Of a stretch of DNA of 64,000 nt, positions 33,976 through 43,428 are shown one piece after another (the first letter of the stretch is position 1; each line of letters opens with the position of its first letter). The stretch lies in the sequence record PP886230.1; one strand, 5' to 3'. The notes under the pieces are model-generated. The model did no database searches. It saw only the letters and a program-made list of their open reading frames with translations, and had not been told where the DNA came from. The translations under genes were made by a program, and so were the position numbers.

Positions 33976-35085
33976 TTATTTTGGTAAATCAATTTTAGTA
34001 AAGACTGCAACATCCTCGATTGCACCTGGAATGGCGTAATACGATCCAGTACTATACACATCTCCATTTTTGGTTAATATCGATGTCAAACCATCACTAA
34101 AAAGAACATCCCTAATCTCACTAACTTCAACGGGTAATTGTAAATTGGTAGCACTATATATAGCACCAGTTTGAGAATTGTTTAATCCCAAACCACGGTT
34201 CGCCCCAACACCCTTCTGATATGTACTAGTAATTACCATTTGTGTAGCAGTATTTAAGGCAGGTGAATTCGTCATAAACAATGGAGAACTATTAGGCAAA
34301 GTACTTACAGGAACTGCACGGAATGTAGTCGTACCTGAACTAAGAAAGTTTGGAGTTTGACCACATACGAAATATGATGTACCATTATAGTAATTTAATG
34401 CATTACCACCAATGGCTGCATCGATTACACCAGAACTACGCAATCCCCAAGTGTTAATTTGTGTTTGGTTCCCCGTACCATGCTGCCCACTACTATTCCA
34501 TCCAGAACTATATAGCTTATTATCTAATGTAAGATACATACTATCATTCGCATTGGTCATTACTTTACGAACGTTCGTAGCACATTGAGTTAATGTGTAA
34601 ATTGATGAGGAACCAATACCCAAAGAACCACGATATCCATTATCTCCTGCACCATAGAGTACTGAATTAGTGCTAAGTACAAATATTAAACCATTTGTAC
34701 ATACAATATTAGCAATTTCACTTACTGGTATAGCATTGGTAAACCAATTAGTTCTTTCAACTAATACAGTACTGTAAGAAGTAGTTGTAGAAGATGAGAA
34801 CCAGTACGTTTGACCTGATGTCCATATCGTATTATCATTTTTAATAATAACAAGTGTACGATCACCCACGAAAAAATTAGAAACATCTGCACTTACTAAT
34901 GTCCACGAAGACACCGTGTTGGTATTACCATTTCCAGATTCACCACCTTGATTTCTACCTATGTAATATAAATCATGTGAATCAGTCAATAAGAATTGGC
35001 CTTGGGTAGAAGCACCAACTTTAATTATTTTTTTAGGACCAGGGACAATATTTCCATACCTAATCATTCTTCCAAAAGGTAACAT
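33976..35085 (-). CDS. RCC1/BLIP-II-like beta-propeller paralog 4
   Basis: MLPFGRMIRYGN; GWNSSGQHGTG. Confidence 0.85.
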   Translation of the reverse strand: MLPFGRMIRYGNIVPGPKKIIKVGASTQGQFLLTDSHDLYYIGRNQGGESGNGNTNTVSSWTLVSADVSNFFVGDRTLVIIKNDNTIWTSGQTYWFSSSTTTSYSTVLVERTNWFTNAIPVSEIANIVCTNGLIFVLSTNSVLYGAGDNGYRGSLGIGSSSIYTLTQCATNVRKVMTNANDSMYLTLDNKLYSSGWNSSGQHGTGNQTQINTWGLRSSGVIDAAIGGNALNYYNGTSYFVCGQTPNFLSSGTTTFRAVPVSTLPNSSPLFMTNSPALNTATQMVITSTYQKGVGANRGLGLNNSQTGAIYSATNLQLPVEVSEIRDVLFSDGLTSILTKNGDVYSTGSYYAIPGAIEDVAVFTKIDLPK

Positions 35086-35093
35086 ATTCCCTC

Positions 35094-36296
35094 CTATTGT
35101 TGCCATAACTGCGTTGGCATTAATGTTAGTGTAGTAATACTATAAGTGCCATCTGGCAATCTACCACCATTTCCATTCCAGCCACCACATGCATATAATT
35201 TATAATCTTTAGTAATTATTATGGTTCTGCTCCAATCTTTAGATGCCATAAGAACATTGTCATAACCACCACTTATTGCACTAAGATTAAAAATATTCCA
35301 AGTTCTAACTAATGTATTAGTTCCATTACCTTCTTGACCATATGAGTTAGCACCACTACTTCTAACATATGGTGCGTATTGTGCCATAGGTGCACCAATT
35401 GATGCATTTCCCATATTACTTGGACAAATAAAAGTACTGTACTTACTTACATCAACCGTGACCGATGTGTTCCTAATTGGTGTTAGCTGATTTACCGATG
35501 TAGTCGTACCATTACCAGCTTGTCCAGAACTGTTAGCCCCGCTATAATATACAGACCCACCAGTAGTAAACCACCAAGTAACATCGTATGTAGTACTAAT
35601 ATGTTCTACATTACTAATCACGAATTTGTTCAAATATACAACAGAACTACCACCACATCCACTTTCACCAAAGTTATCCTTACCACAAAACCATGCATCT
35701 TTATTTGATTTGATATAGTGCGTTCCTTGTAATGAACATGCCATATGTGTAACTTCACCCATATTAGTCATAACTGTGAGTGTAGGGATGGAATTTTTAT
35801 TCCCAGAGCCACATTCACCATTAGTATTTCTTCCACACGCAATTACTCTACCATCGGTTAATAATATTCTAGTACTTTCACCTATATATACACTCTTGAT
35901 CATATTAGCCATAACACCTATTTTATTAAATGCAACAGTAACATCAGTCCATGTTGTCAAATAACCATTAACAGGTGTTGCATCTCCATAATCAGAAAAT
36001 GCACCCACAGACCCAGTGTAGTATATTTTATTATCCAAATCAATCATCAATGAACCTTGAACACCAAGCCAAAAGGCTGCACAGTTCCTTGCAAGTACTG
36101 TAAATGACGAAACTGCTGCTGAATTCCCAAGACCAAATTGATAAAAGTTATTACTACCATAACCATATAAAGTATTAGTTGGGTTATGGAGATACATACA
36201 GTTTGTATAATGTTGTTGTAAAACATCTGAGAACTCTACAGGTTCTGGACCTGGTGCAATATTTGCGTACTTAACCATTCTTCCAAAAGGTAACAT
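35094..36296 (-). CDS. RCC1/BLIP-II-like beta-propeller paralog 3
   Basis: MLPFGRMVKYAN; GRNTNGECGSG. Confidence 0.85.
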   Translation of the reverse strand: MLPFGRMVKYANIAPGPEPVEFSDVLQQHYTNCMYLHNPTNTLYGYGSNNFYQFGLGNSAAVSSFTVLARNCAAFWLGVQGSLMIDLDNKIYYTGSVGAFSDYGDATPVNGYLTTWTDVTVAFNKIGVMANMIKSVYIGESTRILLTDGRVIACGRNTNGECGSGNKNSIPTLTVMTNMGEVTHMACSLQGTHYIKSNKDAWFCGKDNFGESGCGGSSVVYLNKFVISNVEHISTTYDVTWWFTTGGSVYYSGANSSGQAGNGTTTSVNQLTPIRNTSVTVDVSKYSTFICPSNMGNASIGAPMAQYAPYVRSSGANSYGQEGNGTNTLVRTWNIFNLSAISGGYDNVLMASKDWSRTIIITKDYKLYACGGWNGNGGRLPDGTYSITTLTLMPTQLWQQ

Positions 36297-36367
36297 ATTT
36301 CCCTCCTTTATTCATTATACTATATTTAATACAAAAAGAAATGCCAGTATCAAGTACTGGCATAATA

Positions 36368-37546
36368 TTATCGGTTAAATTTAAAATCTGTTATGTGTGT
36401 CCATGTATGATTTAATGGGGTACTCATTGGTGTAAAGCCAGCAGGGTCTGACAAAGCTGTACCACGTGCGTACATAAATTGATTGCCAGTACAATCCATT
36501 ATAGCATAAGAACGTGTTGCTGTGCCACATTTGAACCCAACTGCACTACTTGGGGTCGGTAATACTTCAAATGTAGGTGCATTTGAACTACCACCCCCAT
36601 CTTTTGTTCCAGCTATGTACAGAACTCCATTAGTATCAATGATTAAGTTAGTCCAATATGCTTGTTCTCGACCAGCATAAAAATATGTTAAATCACCGGG
36701 TACAAATGGTAACGTTCCTTTATATATTGTAGTATTAACATTCACTGGTGCACCAGCTACACCCCATGAACTCATATAGTTTCTCCCACTTGAGTAGAAT
36801 GTAGTTCCTTTACCGTAAAGTATTAATGTTGCTTGACTTGTTCGCATTGCATTATATTCAAACTCAGGATCATCAGTAGCGTCCTTAAAAATCTGTGTCC
36901 ATGTTGTTATATTACCAGTAGTCGTAACACCCATTTGATAATAATAATTATCACCAGTAGCATAGAATTCTTTAGGGCCAGTTTGTACAATTGCATTCCC
37001 ATTAGTTAACCAAAAATCTAATGTATTAGTCTTGATCTTGGTTGGTGTGTAATTCGCCACGGTATTTCCTTTTCCGAAATAACCATTAGCGTTATTTCCA
37101 TGACCCCATAAATCACCATTAGTTGTGCGTAGGAATAATGTACCAGTATTGAATCCAACTTTTTCTATAGTACTTATGTCAATACCAACAGTCGTGTACT
37201 TCGTTGTAAAATCTTGAAAAGTACTCCAATAATTAGATGAACCATTAAACATGGTTTGTCTACCAGTGTACTTCACTTTATTATCGTTAGTGATAAGTAA
37301 TGTCCCCCACACTGACGCGAACATTAACTTAACATTTTCCATAACAAAGTATGGCTTACCGTATGCTGACGCGGTAGTGTTTAAACCTAATAGTTGTCCA
37401 TCATTACTACAACCCCATACTTCGCCGTTATCCAAAAGCATCAACATAGTAGGTTTGCCGGATGATACATCCAAAAAGAAATCTTTTGGTGTTGGTACGC
37501 CCGGTGCTTCATTTCCATAATTCAACATTCTTCCAAAAGGTAACAT
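36368..37546 (-). CDS. RCC1/BLIP-II-like beta-propeller paralog 2
   Basis: MLPFGRMLNYGN; GNNANGYFGKG. Confidence 0.85.
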   Translation of the reverse strand: MLPFGRMLNYGNEAPGVPTPKDFFLDVSSGKPTMLMLLDNGEVWGCSNDGQLLGLNTTASAYGKPYFVMENVKLMFASVWGTLLITNDNKVKYTGRQTMFNGSSNYWSTFQDFTTKYTTVGIDISTIEKVGFNTGTLFLRTTNGDLWGHGNNANGYFGKGNTVANYTPTKIKTNTLDFWLTNGNAIVQTGPKEFYATGDNYYYQMGVTTTGNITTWTQIFKDATDDPEFEYNAMRTSQATLILYGKGTTFYSSGRNYMSSWGVAGAPVNVNTTIYKGTLPFVPGDLTYFYAGREQAYWTNLIIDTNGVLYIAGTKDGGGSSNAPTFEVLPTPSSAVGFKCGTATRSYAIMDCTGNQFMYARGTALSDPAGFTPMSTPLNHTWTHITDFKFNR

Positions 37547-37615
37547 AGTTCCTCCTTTATCATTATACTATATTTAATACAAATAAGAAAGCCAGTATCA
37601 AGTACTGGCATCGTA

Positions 37616-38725
37616 TTACTTGGGTAATGGAATTGTGGTCCATCTATTTGCGGCAACGTCACCTGGTACATATGTAGGACTACCACTTACAGCAATAGTT
37701 TCATTACCATCATATACAACACTGAAGTTTGTGCACGTATACAACGCTGCGGCATCTGGATTGTAATTTTCAAGTGTTAGTGTATTGGTGAACAAATTCA
37801 ATGCAGTAGTTGAGCCGTTTTTACCATATGCACCTGTAGTATATATCTTTCCTTCTGTTGTTGAGTACATATTAACATATGACCCAGATGATGATTTAGC
37901 AATTTTATCTATCTTGCTATCTATTGTTTTAGAGTTAAATTGAAATGGATATACCTGTACGTTAGTATCTAAACCATTTCCCAGTTCCCCATTTAACTGC
38001 CACCCTGTGTGGTACATTCCCGCATTTGTATATGCAAGCGTACTATACGCATTACCACCCATTATTTTAGTGCCAGATAATTTTAAACCAAACGATGTCC
38101 ACTTACCAGTTTCATTTCCTATGGAACCATAAGCACTTGTACCACACGCACGAAGCTCGCCATTTGACGTTAGAAGCACTGTATTATTAACGTTACCAAA
38201 TATATCAATAACCTGATTAGTGCCATTATTCAGTACTGAAGTAAAAGTACTCTGTGAGTAAGTACTACCTGAACCAACAGAACCATTTGTGTTCATACCT
38301 CTTCCATATACAATTTTACCATCAGCACTAACATAGTGCATTGAATCAAAACCAATGGATATCATTTTAATATCAGATATATCTGGAAATGAAGAAGTTA
38401 CATCTACTCCACCTAGTGGAATTGTATTATTTCCTAAACCTAATGAGACATTAGTTCCGTGCATTATAAATTTATCTTCTTTAAAATATAAAATATTATA
38501 TCCACCAGCCCATGCATTATTAACGCCATTTGTAATCAGTACCCATTTATTTTGTGTAGTAGTTCCAGTAATATTTAACTGTTGATAGTTATTGATTCCA
38601 CAACCATATAGCGATCCATCACCATATAGTACATATAAATTATCATATCCTGCAATAACTTTCTTTATTTTTTTGGGTACAGGTGCTACATTCCCATACT
38701 TTAACATTCTTCCAAAAGGTAACAT
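37616..38725 (-). CDS. RCC1/BLIP-II-like beta-propeller paralog 1
   Basis: MLPFGRMLKYGN; GWQLNGELGNG. Confidence 0.85.
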   Translation of the reverse strand: MLPFGRMLKYGNVAPVPKKIKKVIAGYDNLYVLYGDGSLYGCGINNYQQLNITGTTTQNKWVLITNGVNNAWAGGYNILYFKEDKFIMHGTNVSLGLGNNTIPLGGVDVTSSFPDISDIKMISIGFDSMHYVSADGKIVYGRGMNTNGSVGSGSTYSQSTFTSVLNNGTNQVIDIFGNVNNTVLLTSNGELRACGTSAYGSIGNETGKWTSFGLKLSGTKIMGGNAYSTLAYTNAGMYHTGWQLNGELGNGLDTNVQVYPFQFNSKTIDSKIDKIAKSSSGSYVNMYSTTEGKIYTTGAYGKNGSTTALNLFTNTLTLENYNPDAAALYTCTNFSVVYDGNETIAVSGSPTYVPGDVAANRWTTIPLPK

Positions 38726-38774
38726 TATTTTCTCCTTTATTCATTATATCATATTTACCTCCTAACGAAAACCC

Positions 38775-38803
38775 TTGACATTCTTTCAGTACTGGTGTAC
38801 TAT
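38775..38803 (+). promoter_or_regulatory. sigma70 promoter for the minigene array (TTGACA-17-TACTAT)
   Basis: Only clear promoter seen in 38.7-43.6 kb; divergent from the RCC1 array. Confidence 0.7.
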
Positions 38804-38828
38804 AGAAGGAATATAAGGAGAACTACAC

Positions 38829-39056
38829 ATGACAAATACTCTTAAGTACTACCTCAATACTCTAAATGAACTAGAGTACGGGGAATTTCTCGCGGATAGT
38901 TCGTGGCTAATTGAGCTAAAAAATTATAATAGTCCAGGATGCACCCTTATGATGAACAATGCAATTGATACCCTCATTGTGAGTATTTTACACAGCAACA
39001 TCTGCGGGGATAGCAATAAACAATTATCAAAAATCTTAGTACTGCTATCTATATGA
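38829..39056 (+). CDS. Minigene array unit 1
   Basis: KYY start, ILVLLSI end; most divergent unit. Confidence 0.65.
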   Translation: MTNTLKYYLNTLNELEYGEFLADSSWLIELKNYNSPGCTLMMNNAIDTLIVSILHSNICGDSNKQLSKILVLLSI

Positions 39057-39256
39057 ATATCGAACAGTACTACATCGATGCACTACCAACAAAAGGTCTA
39101 CGTGAAAGCCTACTGCATACACAAACTAATTTCAAACACCTCAAACGTAGCCCTAAACTCCTGAACTCGTACAGGAATAATAACATAAGAAATGCTTTAC
39201 AAGGGGTAGAATGTATGCAATACTATTACATCCTTACCCTATTAATCGAGTACTAA
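39053..39256 (+). CDS. Minigene array unit 2
   Basis: MNIEQYY...YYILTLLIEY. Confidence 0.8.
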   Translation: MNIEQYYIDALPTKGLRESLLHTQTNFKHLKRSPKLLNSYRNNNIRNALQGVECMQYYYILTLLIEY

Positions 39257-39257
39257 T

Positions 39258-39467
39258 ATGAATACTGAACATAAAGAATTCTACACCAAATACCTTAGCA
39301 ACGAAGAACAATTGTTTCTAAGGAGTGTATCACCTGTAAGTACCAATACTCAATTCGGTAGAGATTGCTTTAATAATTGTATACGTAGTACTCTAGAAGC
39401 AATCGAATGCAATAACAAAAATATTATGTACTCAGGTTTAATAGGACTAATATATTTCTATGAATAA
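39258..39467 (+). CDS. Minigene array unit 3
   Basis: MNTEHKEFY...FNNCI; close paralog of unit 18. Confidence 0.8.
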   Translation: MNTEHKEFYTKYLSNEEQLFLRSVSPVSTNTQFGRDCFNNCIRSTLEAIECNNKNIMYSGLIGLIYFYE

Positions 39468-39654
39468 TCATAAAGATTTCTATTGTAGTAAACTACCCAA
39501 ACAAGAACAGCTATCATTCTCTTTAGCACCACCTATGAGAAAGGATAATCTGTATTATAATTACGATTTCAGGATGGTGACACGTTATGCAATAGAACAT
39601 CAGTTCCCTGAAACTAAGTACCGCTCTATCCTGAACCTCATCTTTAAGTTCTAA
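39460..39654 (+). CDS. Minigene array unit 4
   Basis: MNNHKDFY...YRSILNLIFKF. Confidence 0.8.
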   Translation: MNNHKDFYCSKLPKQEQLSFSLAPPMRKDNLYYNYDFRMVTRYAIEHQFPETKYRSILNLIFKF

Positions 39655-39706
39655 AAGGTACACCAGGGACCGAGTACTTTAATATAGTAAGGCTAATTAC
39701 ATTATA
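39655..39706 (+). pseudogene. Deleted minigene remnant
   Basis: Retains only the family C-terminus TEYFNIVRLITL-stop. Confidence 0.5.
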
Positions 39707-39892
39707 ATGAATCATATAAGCTACTACTACCAACAACTATCCGACAGAGACAAGTACAGTCACAACTCCCATGTGTGGTACTACAAACGCGGCAGTATAA
39801 GAGACAAACAACATTACTTCTGTATTTCTATTAAAGAAGCACTGACAACTAAGTACACGTACCGAGCAGTACTTAAACTTATTGAAATGTAA
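39707..39892 (+). CDS. Minigene array unit 5
   Basis: YRAVLKLIEM end. Confidence 0.8.
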   Translation: MNHISYYYQQLSDRDKYSHNSHVWYYKRGSIRDKQHYFCISIKEALTTKYTYRAVLKLIEM

Positions 39893-39902
39893 AGAGAATA
39901 CT

Positions 39903-40085
39903 ATGAACATTGAATTGTACTTAAGTAAATTACAGCCTGGCGATAGATTCATCTACAATAAGTTCGAATTCAACTACAAGAACGGGAGCAACAAATATCG
40001 TCGAGGATACCTATATACAAGCACAAGAGATGCACAAAACGAAAAGTACACATACAGAGAAGTACTTAAACTAATCTCTATTTGA
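39903..40085 (+). CDS. Minigene array unit 6
   Basis: YREVLKLISI end. Confidence 0.8.
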   Translation: MNIELYLSKLQPGDRFIYNKFEFNYKNGSNKYRRGYLYTSTRDAQNEKYTYREVLKLISI

Positions 40086-40093
40086 GGTAATAT

Positions 40094-40279
40094 ATGAATA
40101 CATTTGAGTACTATACCAATAAACTATCTATGCCTGAAAGATCTCATCTCTATGTGTGGAGAAATGCGTATAAAAGCGGCAATAAACTTATACAAAGAAA
40201 TTCCCTTACAGTGTGTACAAATTTAATTAAAGCAGAGTACCGCACATATATTGAAGTACTCAAACTGATAGCAATATAA
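40094..40279 (+). CDS. Minigene array unit 7
   Basis: MNTFEYY...YIEVLKLIAI. Confidence 0.8.
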   Translation: MNTFEYYTNKLSMPERSHLYVWRNAYKSGNKLIQRNSLTVCTNLIKAEYRTYIEVLKLIAI

Positions 40280-40287
40280 GGTACTCT

Positions 40288-40467
40288 ATGCAAGAATTCT
40301 ATATCTATAACCTCCAGCACAAAGATAGATACAACTATAATAAATTCCAAAGGTACTACACAGTCGGGAACAAAAGAGATAAAAAACGTTATCTACTCTC
40401 GTGTACAGTAGAAGCACAAAACGAAAAGTACACGTACAGAGAAGTACTTAAACTAATCTCAATCTAA
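40288..40467 (+). CDS. Minigene array unit 8 (59 aa, not in track)
   Basis: MQEFY...YREVLKLISI. Confidence 0.8.
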   Translation: MQEFYIYNLQHKDRYNYNKFQRYYTVGNKRDKKRYLLSCTVEAQNEKYTYREVLKLISI

Positions 40468-40474
40468 GGTAGAC

Positions 40475-40663
40475 ATGAACACTTTTGAGTACTACTTCAA
40501 TAAACTAAACCACATAGAACAAAGTATGCACCACACATTTATTCAGAACCATCAATCATCTTCACCTCTAATTAAAAACATATCGATTGAGATTATCACT
40601 ACCCGTGTACAGTCATCTGAACGTTATATGTATATTGATGTACTGAAACTCATCTCTATGTAA
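40475..40663 (+). CDS. Minigene array unit 9
   Basis: MNTFEYY...YIDVLKLISM. Confidence 0.8.
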   Translation: MNTFEYYFNKLNHIEQSMHHTFIQNHQSSSPLIKNISIEIITTRVQSSERYMYIDVLKLISM

Positions 40664-40671
40664 GGAATACT

Positions 40672-40851
40672 ATGCAACAATTCTATAGAGAACACATAAG
40701 CATTAAAGACCGTTTCATGTACGACACCTTCGTGAAGTACTACAAACTAGGAACAAAAAGTACTAAAAATATTAATCTCAATAGCTGCATTTATGCTGTA
40801 CTAACACAAGATAATCCCTACAGGGAAATCATTGCCCTGGCATCTATATAA
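40672..40851 (+). CDS. Minigene array unit 10 (59 aa, not in track)
   Basis: MQQFY...SCI...YREIIALASI. Confidence 0.8.
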   Translation: MQQFYREHISIKDRFMYDTFVKYYKLGTKSTKNINLNSCIYAVLTQDNPYREIIALASI

Positions 40852-40861
40852 AGGAAACCAA

Positions 40862-41521
40862 ATGAAACTTAATCCACACAGCAAACAATACCTTAAGCAC
40901 TTTAAATACCTCAACAGTATTCAAGCAGAATCTTTTACACCAGCATATACGTATCACCCAAATGTACTAAAGAAACGAAATAAAAAGAAAAAATCCAGAA
41001 ATGTTCTCGTATCTAAGAACCTCAAATCGTACTTGAAGAAAAATAATATAGCTCTTGCTTTTATTAATATCTATAATACTGATTTAAAAGTATTGAGTAC
41101 TAATACCAGCACAAAAGCACTAAAGAATGCATCTATCTATATACACATGGATAATATCCCGTGCACTATAATTCTATCTTTCGGGAATGTATACTTCTTC
41201 GGGAATTGTAATAGCACCCATGATATCAGTACTGCACAATTCCAAATCGGCGATATGTACTGCATGGGTTCAGAAAAAATACACGATAACATGCACTTCT
41301 TCCAAAAGCAACGTACTAACGAAACTGATACAGTACTGCAATTCCTAAAAGAACTACAAAACAAAGAATTAACACCAGAAGAAGAATTCATGTACAGTAC
41401 TGTAATCGATAATCCAGAACTCTATAAAAACGCGTACAATCTAACAAAACATGTACAGGAACTTATCAGTACTGATAAGAAATTTCATCACCTCATTACG
41501 TATATTTCAAACTATGTATAA
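40862..41521 (+). CDS. Unrelated 219-aa hypothetical protein inserted in the minigene array
   Basis: AGGA RBS; C-terminal EEEFMYS motif. Confidence 0.75.
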   Translation: MKLNPHSKQYLKHFKYLNSIQAESFTPAYTYHPNVLKKRNKKKKSRNVLVSKNLKSYLKKNNIALAFINIYNTDLKVLSTNTSTKALKNASIYIHMDNIPCTIILSFGNVYFFGNCNSTHDISTAQFQIGDMYCMGSEKIHDNMHFFQKQRTNETDTVLQFLKELQNKELTPEEEFMYSTVIDNPELYKNAYNLTKHVQELISTDKKFHHLITYISNYV

Positions 41522-41696
41522 AGAATACTACAAAGATAAAATCCCAATGCATCTACAACACCATATACCAAACGTTGCATTGGGTATCAAAGATCACGCA
41601 AAGATAATGTTCCAACAATGTACTAAGTACACGCTCATATACGATGATAATCCATATATGCTGTACTACGTAGTAATGCTAACATTCAGGTACTAA
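41514..41696 (+). CDS. Minigene array unit 11
   Basis: MYKEYY...FQQCT...TFRY. Confidence 0.8.
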   Translation: MYKEYYKDKIPMHLQHHIPNVALGIKDHAKIMFQQCTKYTLIYDDNPYMLYYVVMLTFRY

Positions 41697-41697
41697 T

Positions 41698-41877
41698 ATG
41701 AATACTTATAAAGAATTCTACCTCTCGTACCTTAATTCCGATATAGTAACATCCAATACATTCAGTACTAAAATTATCTATAATGAATTAATGAAAGAAT
41801 GTATTAAAGGTGCTATTAACCCTAAAGATACGTATGACTTGTACTATGCAGTACTAACCCTTGTTTTCACGAAATAA
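41698..41877 (+). CDS. Minigene array unit 12 (59 aa, not in track)
   Basis: MNTYKEFY...ECI...YYAVLTLVF. Confidence 0.8.
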   Translation: MNTYKEFYLSYLNSDIVTSNTFSTKIIYNELMKECIKGAINPKDTYDLYYAVLTLVFTK

Positions 41878-41885
41878 CACATAAT

Positions 41886-42077
41886 ATGAATAACCACATA
41901 GAATACTACATAGAGAAACTCCCAATGTATCTCCAACACCTTGTACCAACAGTACCATTGGGTATAGAAAAAAACTACGAAAAAGACTACTTCATTCAGT
42001 GCACTAAATCCTCGATATATATTGAAGACTATAATCGAGTACTGTATCACATCCTTTTACTAATATATAGGTACTAA
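41886..42077 (+). CDS. Minigene array unit 13
   Basis: FIQCT...LLLIYRY. Confidence 0.8.
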   Translation: MNNHIEYYIEKLPMYLQHLVPTVPLGIEKNYEKDYFIQCTKSSIYIEDYNRVLYHILLLIYRY

Positions 42078-42078
42078 T

Positions 42079-42261
42079 ATGCACAAAGAATACTACACAC
42101 AATTTCTCCCCAGCATTTTTGAACACTACGCCAGATACAAAGTCCCTATGGATAACGATTTGGCAGTACTGGGATTCAATAACTGCATAGAACGAAGTAT
42201 AGAAAATAGTAGTAGTTATGACCAGCTATATAACACTATCCTACTTATATTCAGGTACTAA
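42079..42261 (+). CDS. Minigene array unit 14
   Basis: MHKEYY...FNNCI...LLIFRY. Confidence 0.8.
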   Translation: MHKEYYTQFLPSIFEHYARYKVPMDNDLAVLGFNNCIERSIENSSSYDQLYNTILLIFRY

Positions 42262-42262
42262 T

Positions 42263-42451
42263 ATGCATAAAGAATACTACACAAAATATTTCCCAATGTA
42301 CCTCAGTACTAATCTATTAGATAAACCTCGCGGTATCAATGCACAAAACGATAAAGTGTACTTTACTATGTGCACTAAAGCATGTATACTAGATTTTGAC
42401 AGCTATCATCGAGTACTGTATCATACCCTGTACCTAGCTTTCGTATTCTAA
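42263..42451 (+). CDS. Minigene array unit 15
   Basis: MHKEYY...FTMCT. Confidence 0.8.
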   Translation: MHKEYYTKYFPMYLSTNLLDKPRGINAQNDKVYFTMCTKACILDFDSYHRVLYHTLYLAFVF

Positions 42452-42460
42452 AAGAACAAT

Positions 42461-42646
42461 ATGCATAAAGAATTCTACTTAAGCCATCTCGATCTAAACT
42501 CCCAAATGCTTATACCACTAATCCCAATAGATATCAAGGATAAGAAAAATACCGAACAATTCATTTACCATACACAGTGTGCGATCACCCCAAATTACAT
42601 TCCATATGAATTGTACTACATTATCGCCCTAATATATAGGTACTAA
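42461..42646 (+). CDS. Minigene array unit 16
   Basis: MHKEFY...LIYRY. Confidence 0.8.
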   Translation: MHKEFYLSHLDLNSQMLIPLIPIDIKDKKNTEQFIYHTQCAITPNYIPYELYYIIALIYRY

Positions 42647-42647
42647 T

Positions 42648-42833
42648 ATGCATAGAGAATACTACACACAATTTGTTAAAGGGAACTACAAATGTGCCGT
42701 ACCCAGAACCCCTTTAAATTCTCATGACCCAAGTACTATATTCTTGTTTAATGACGCAATACGTACAGTACTCAATACTAAAGATGAAGATGTGCAGTAC
42801 GTATTCTTACTATTACTTATATACAGACACTAA
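42648..42833 (+). CDS. Minigene array unit 17
   Basis: MHREYY...LIYRH. Confidence 0.8.
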   Translation: MHREYYTQFVKGNYKCAVPRTPLNSHDPSTIFLFNDAIRTVLNTKDEDVQYVFLLLLIYRH

Positions 42834-42838
42834 CTAAT

Positions 42839-43048
42839 ATGAATAAAGAACATAAAGAATTCTACTCCAAATACATAAGCCCCTCAGAACAAATGTTTCT
42901 AAGGACTACTCCACCTTTAAGTACTAATACATTTTTCGGCAGAGTATGCTACAATAATTGTATTCAAATGACTTTAAACGCAAATGAAGATGGTAACAGT
43001 ACTAACCTGTACTCCGGCATCATAGGTATACTATTCCTGTATGAATAA
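42839..43048 (+). CDS. Minigene array unit 18
   Basis: MNKEHKEFY...YNNCI; close paralog of unit 3. Confidence 0.8.
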   Translation: MNKEHKEFYSKYISPSEQMFLRTTPPLSTNTFFGRVCYNNCIQMTLNANEDGNSTNLYSGIIGILFLYE

Positions 43049-43229
43049 TTACAAAGACTTCTATTTGAATACACTACCTACTGTACTTTCTCTAAGTGCT
43101 CAATGTAAAATCCCCCTGGATAATGCTTACGCCAGATATAGCTATTCCATAACTGTTAATCGATGTATAGAGAATCATTGCAGTACTAACCAGTACTATA
43201 ACATAATCCTACTTATATTCAGGTACTAA
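43041..43229 (+). CDS. Minigene array unit 19
   Basis: MNNYKDFY...LLIFRY. Confidence 0.8.
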   Translation: MNNYKDFYLNTLPTVLSLSAQCKIPLDNAYARYSYSITVNRCIENHCSTNQYYNIILLIFRY

Positions 43230-43230
43230 T

Positions 43231-43413
43231 ATGAATAAAGAACATAAAGAATTCTATATACGAAAACTAACATTCGTCCCCGTAAGAATATATAAAGAAT
43301 GCGACCCAAGATTATACCTATGGCACTTCAATGAGTGCATAAAAGATTCTATATACCATAAGAACTATAAAGAACAATTGTGCTCAGTACTAACACTAGT
43401 ACTATCATATTAA
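43231..43413 (+). CDS. Minigene array unit 20
   Basis: MNKEHKEFY...FNECI. Confidence 0.8.
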   Translation: MNKEHKEFYIRKLTFVPVRIYKECDPRLYLWHFNECIKDSIYHKNYKEQLCSVLTLVLSY

Positions 43414-43428
43414 TTAATAGAGAATACT

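Noticed and set aside
28261-35106. N-terminal extensions (MNKEGI, MNKGGS, MEMC..., MATIGGN) on array genes
   Set aside because: They read through the GGAGG RBS of the repeat; the conserved start is MLPF
24611-38725. Invertase- or integrase-driven shufflon/integron
   Set aside because: All repeats are direct, there are no attC-like imperfect palindromes beyond the terminators, and no recombinase is in the window; only homologous recombination is supportable
39258-43048. Units 3 and 18 as a DGR template/variable repeat pair
   Set aside because: Differences involve all four bases rather than adenines only, and no reverse transcriptase is in the window
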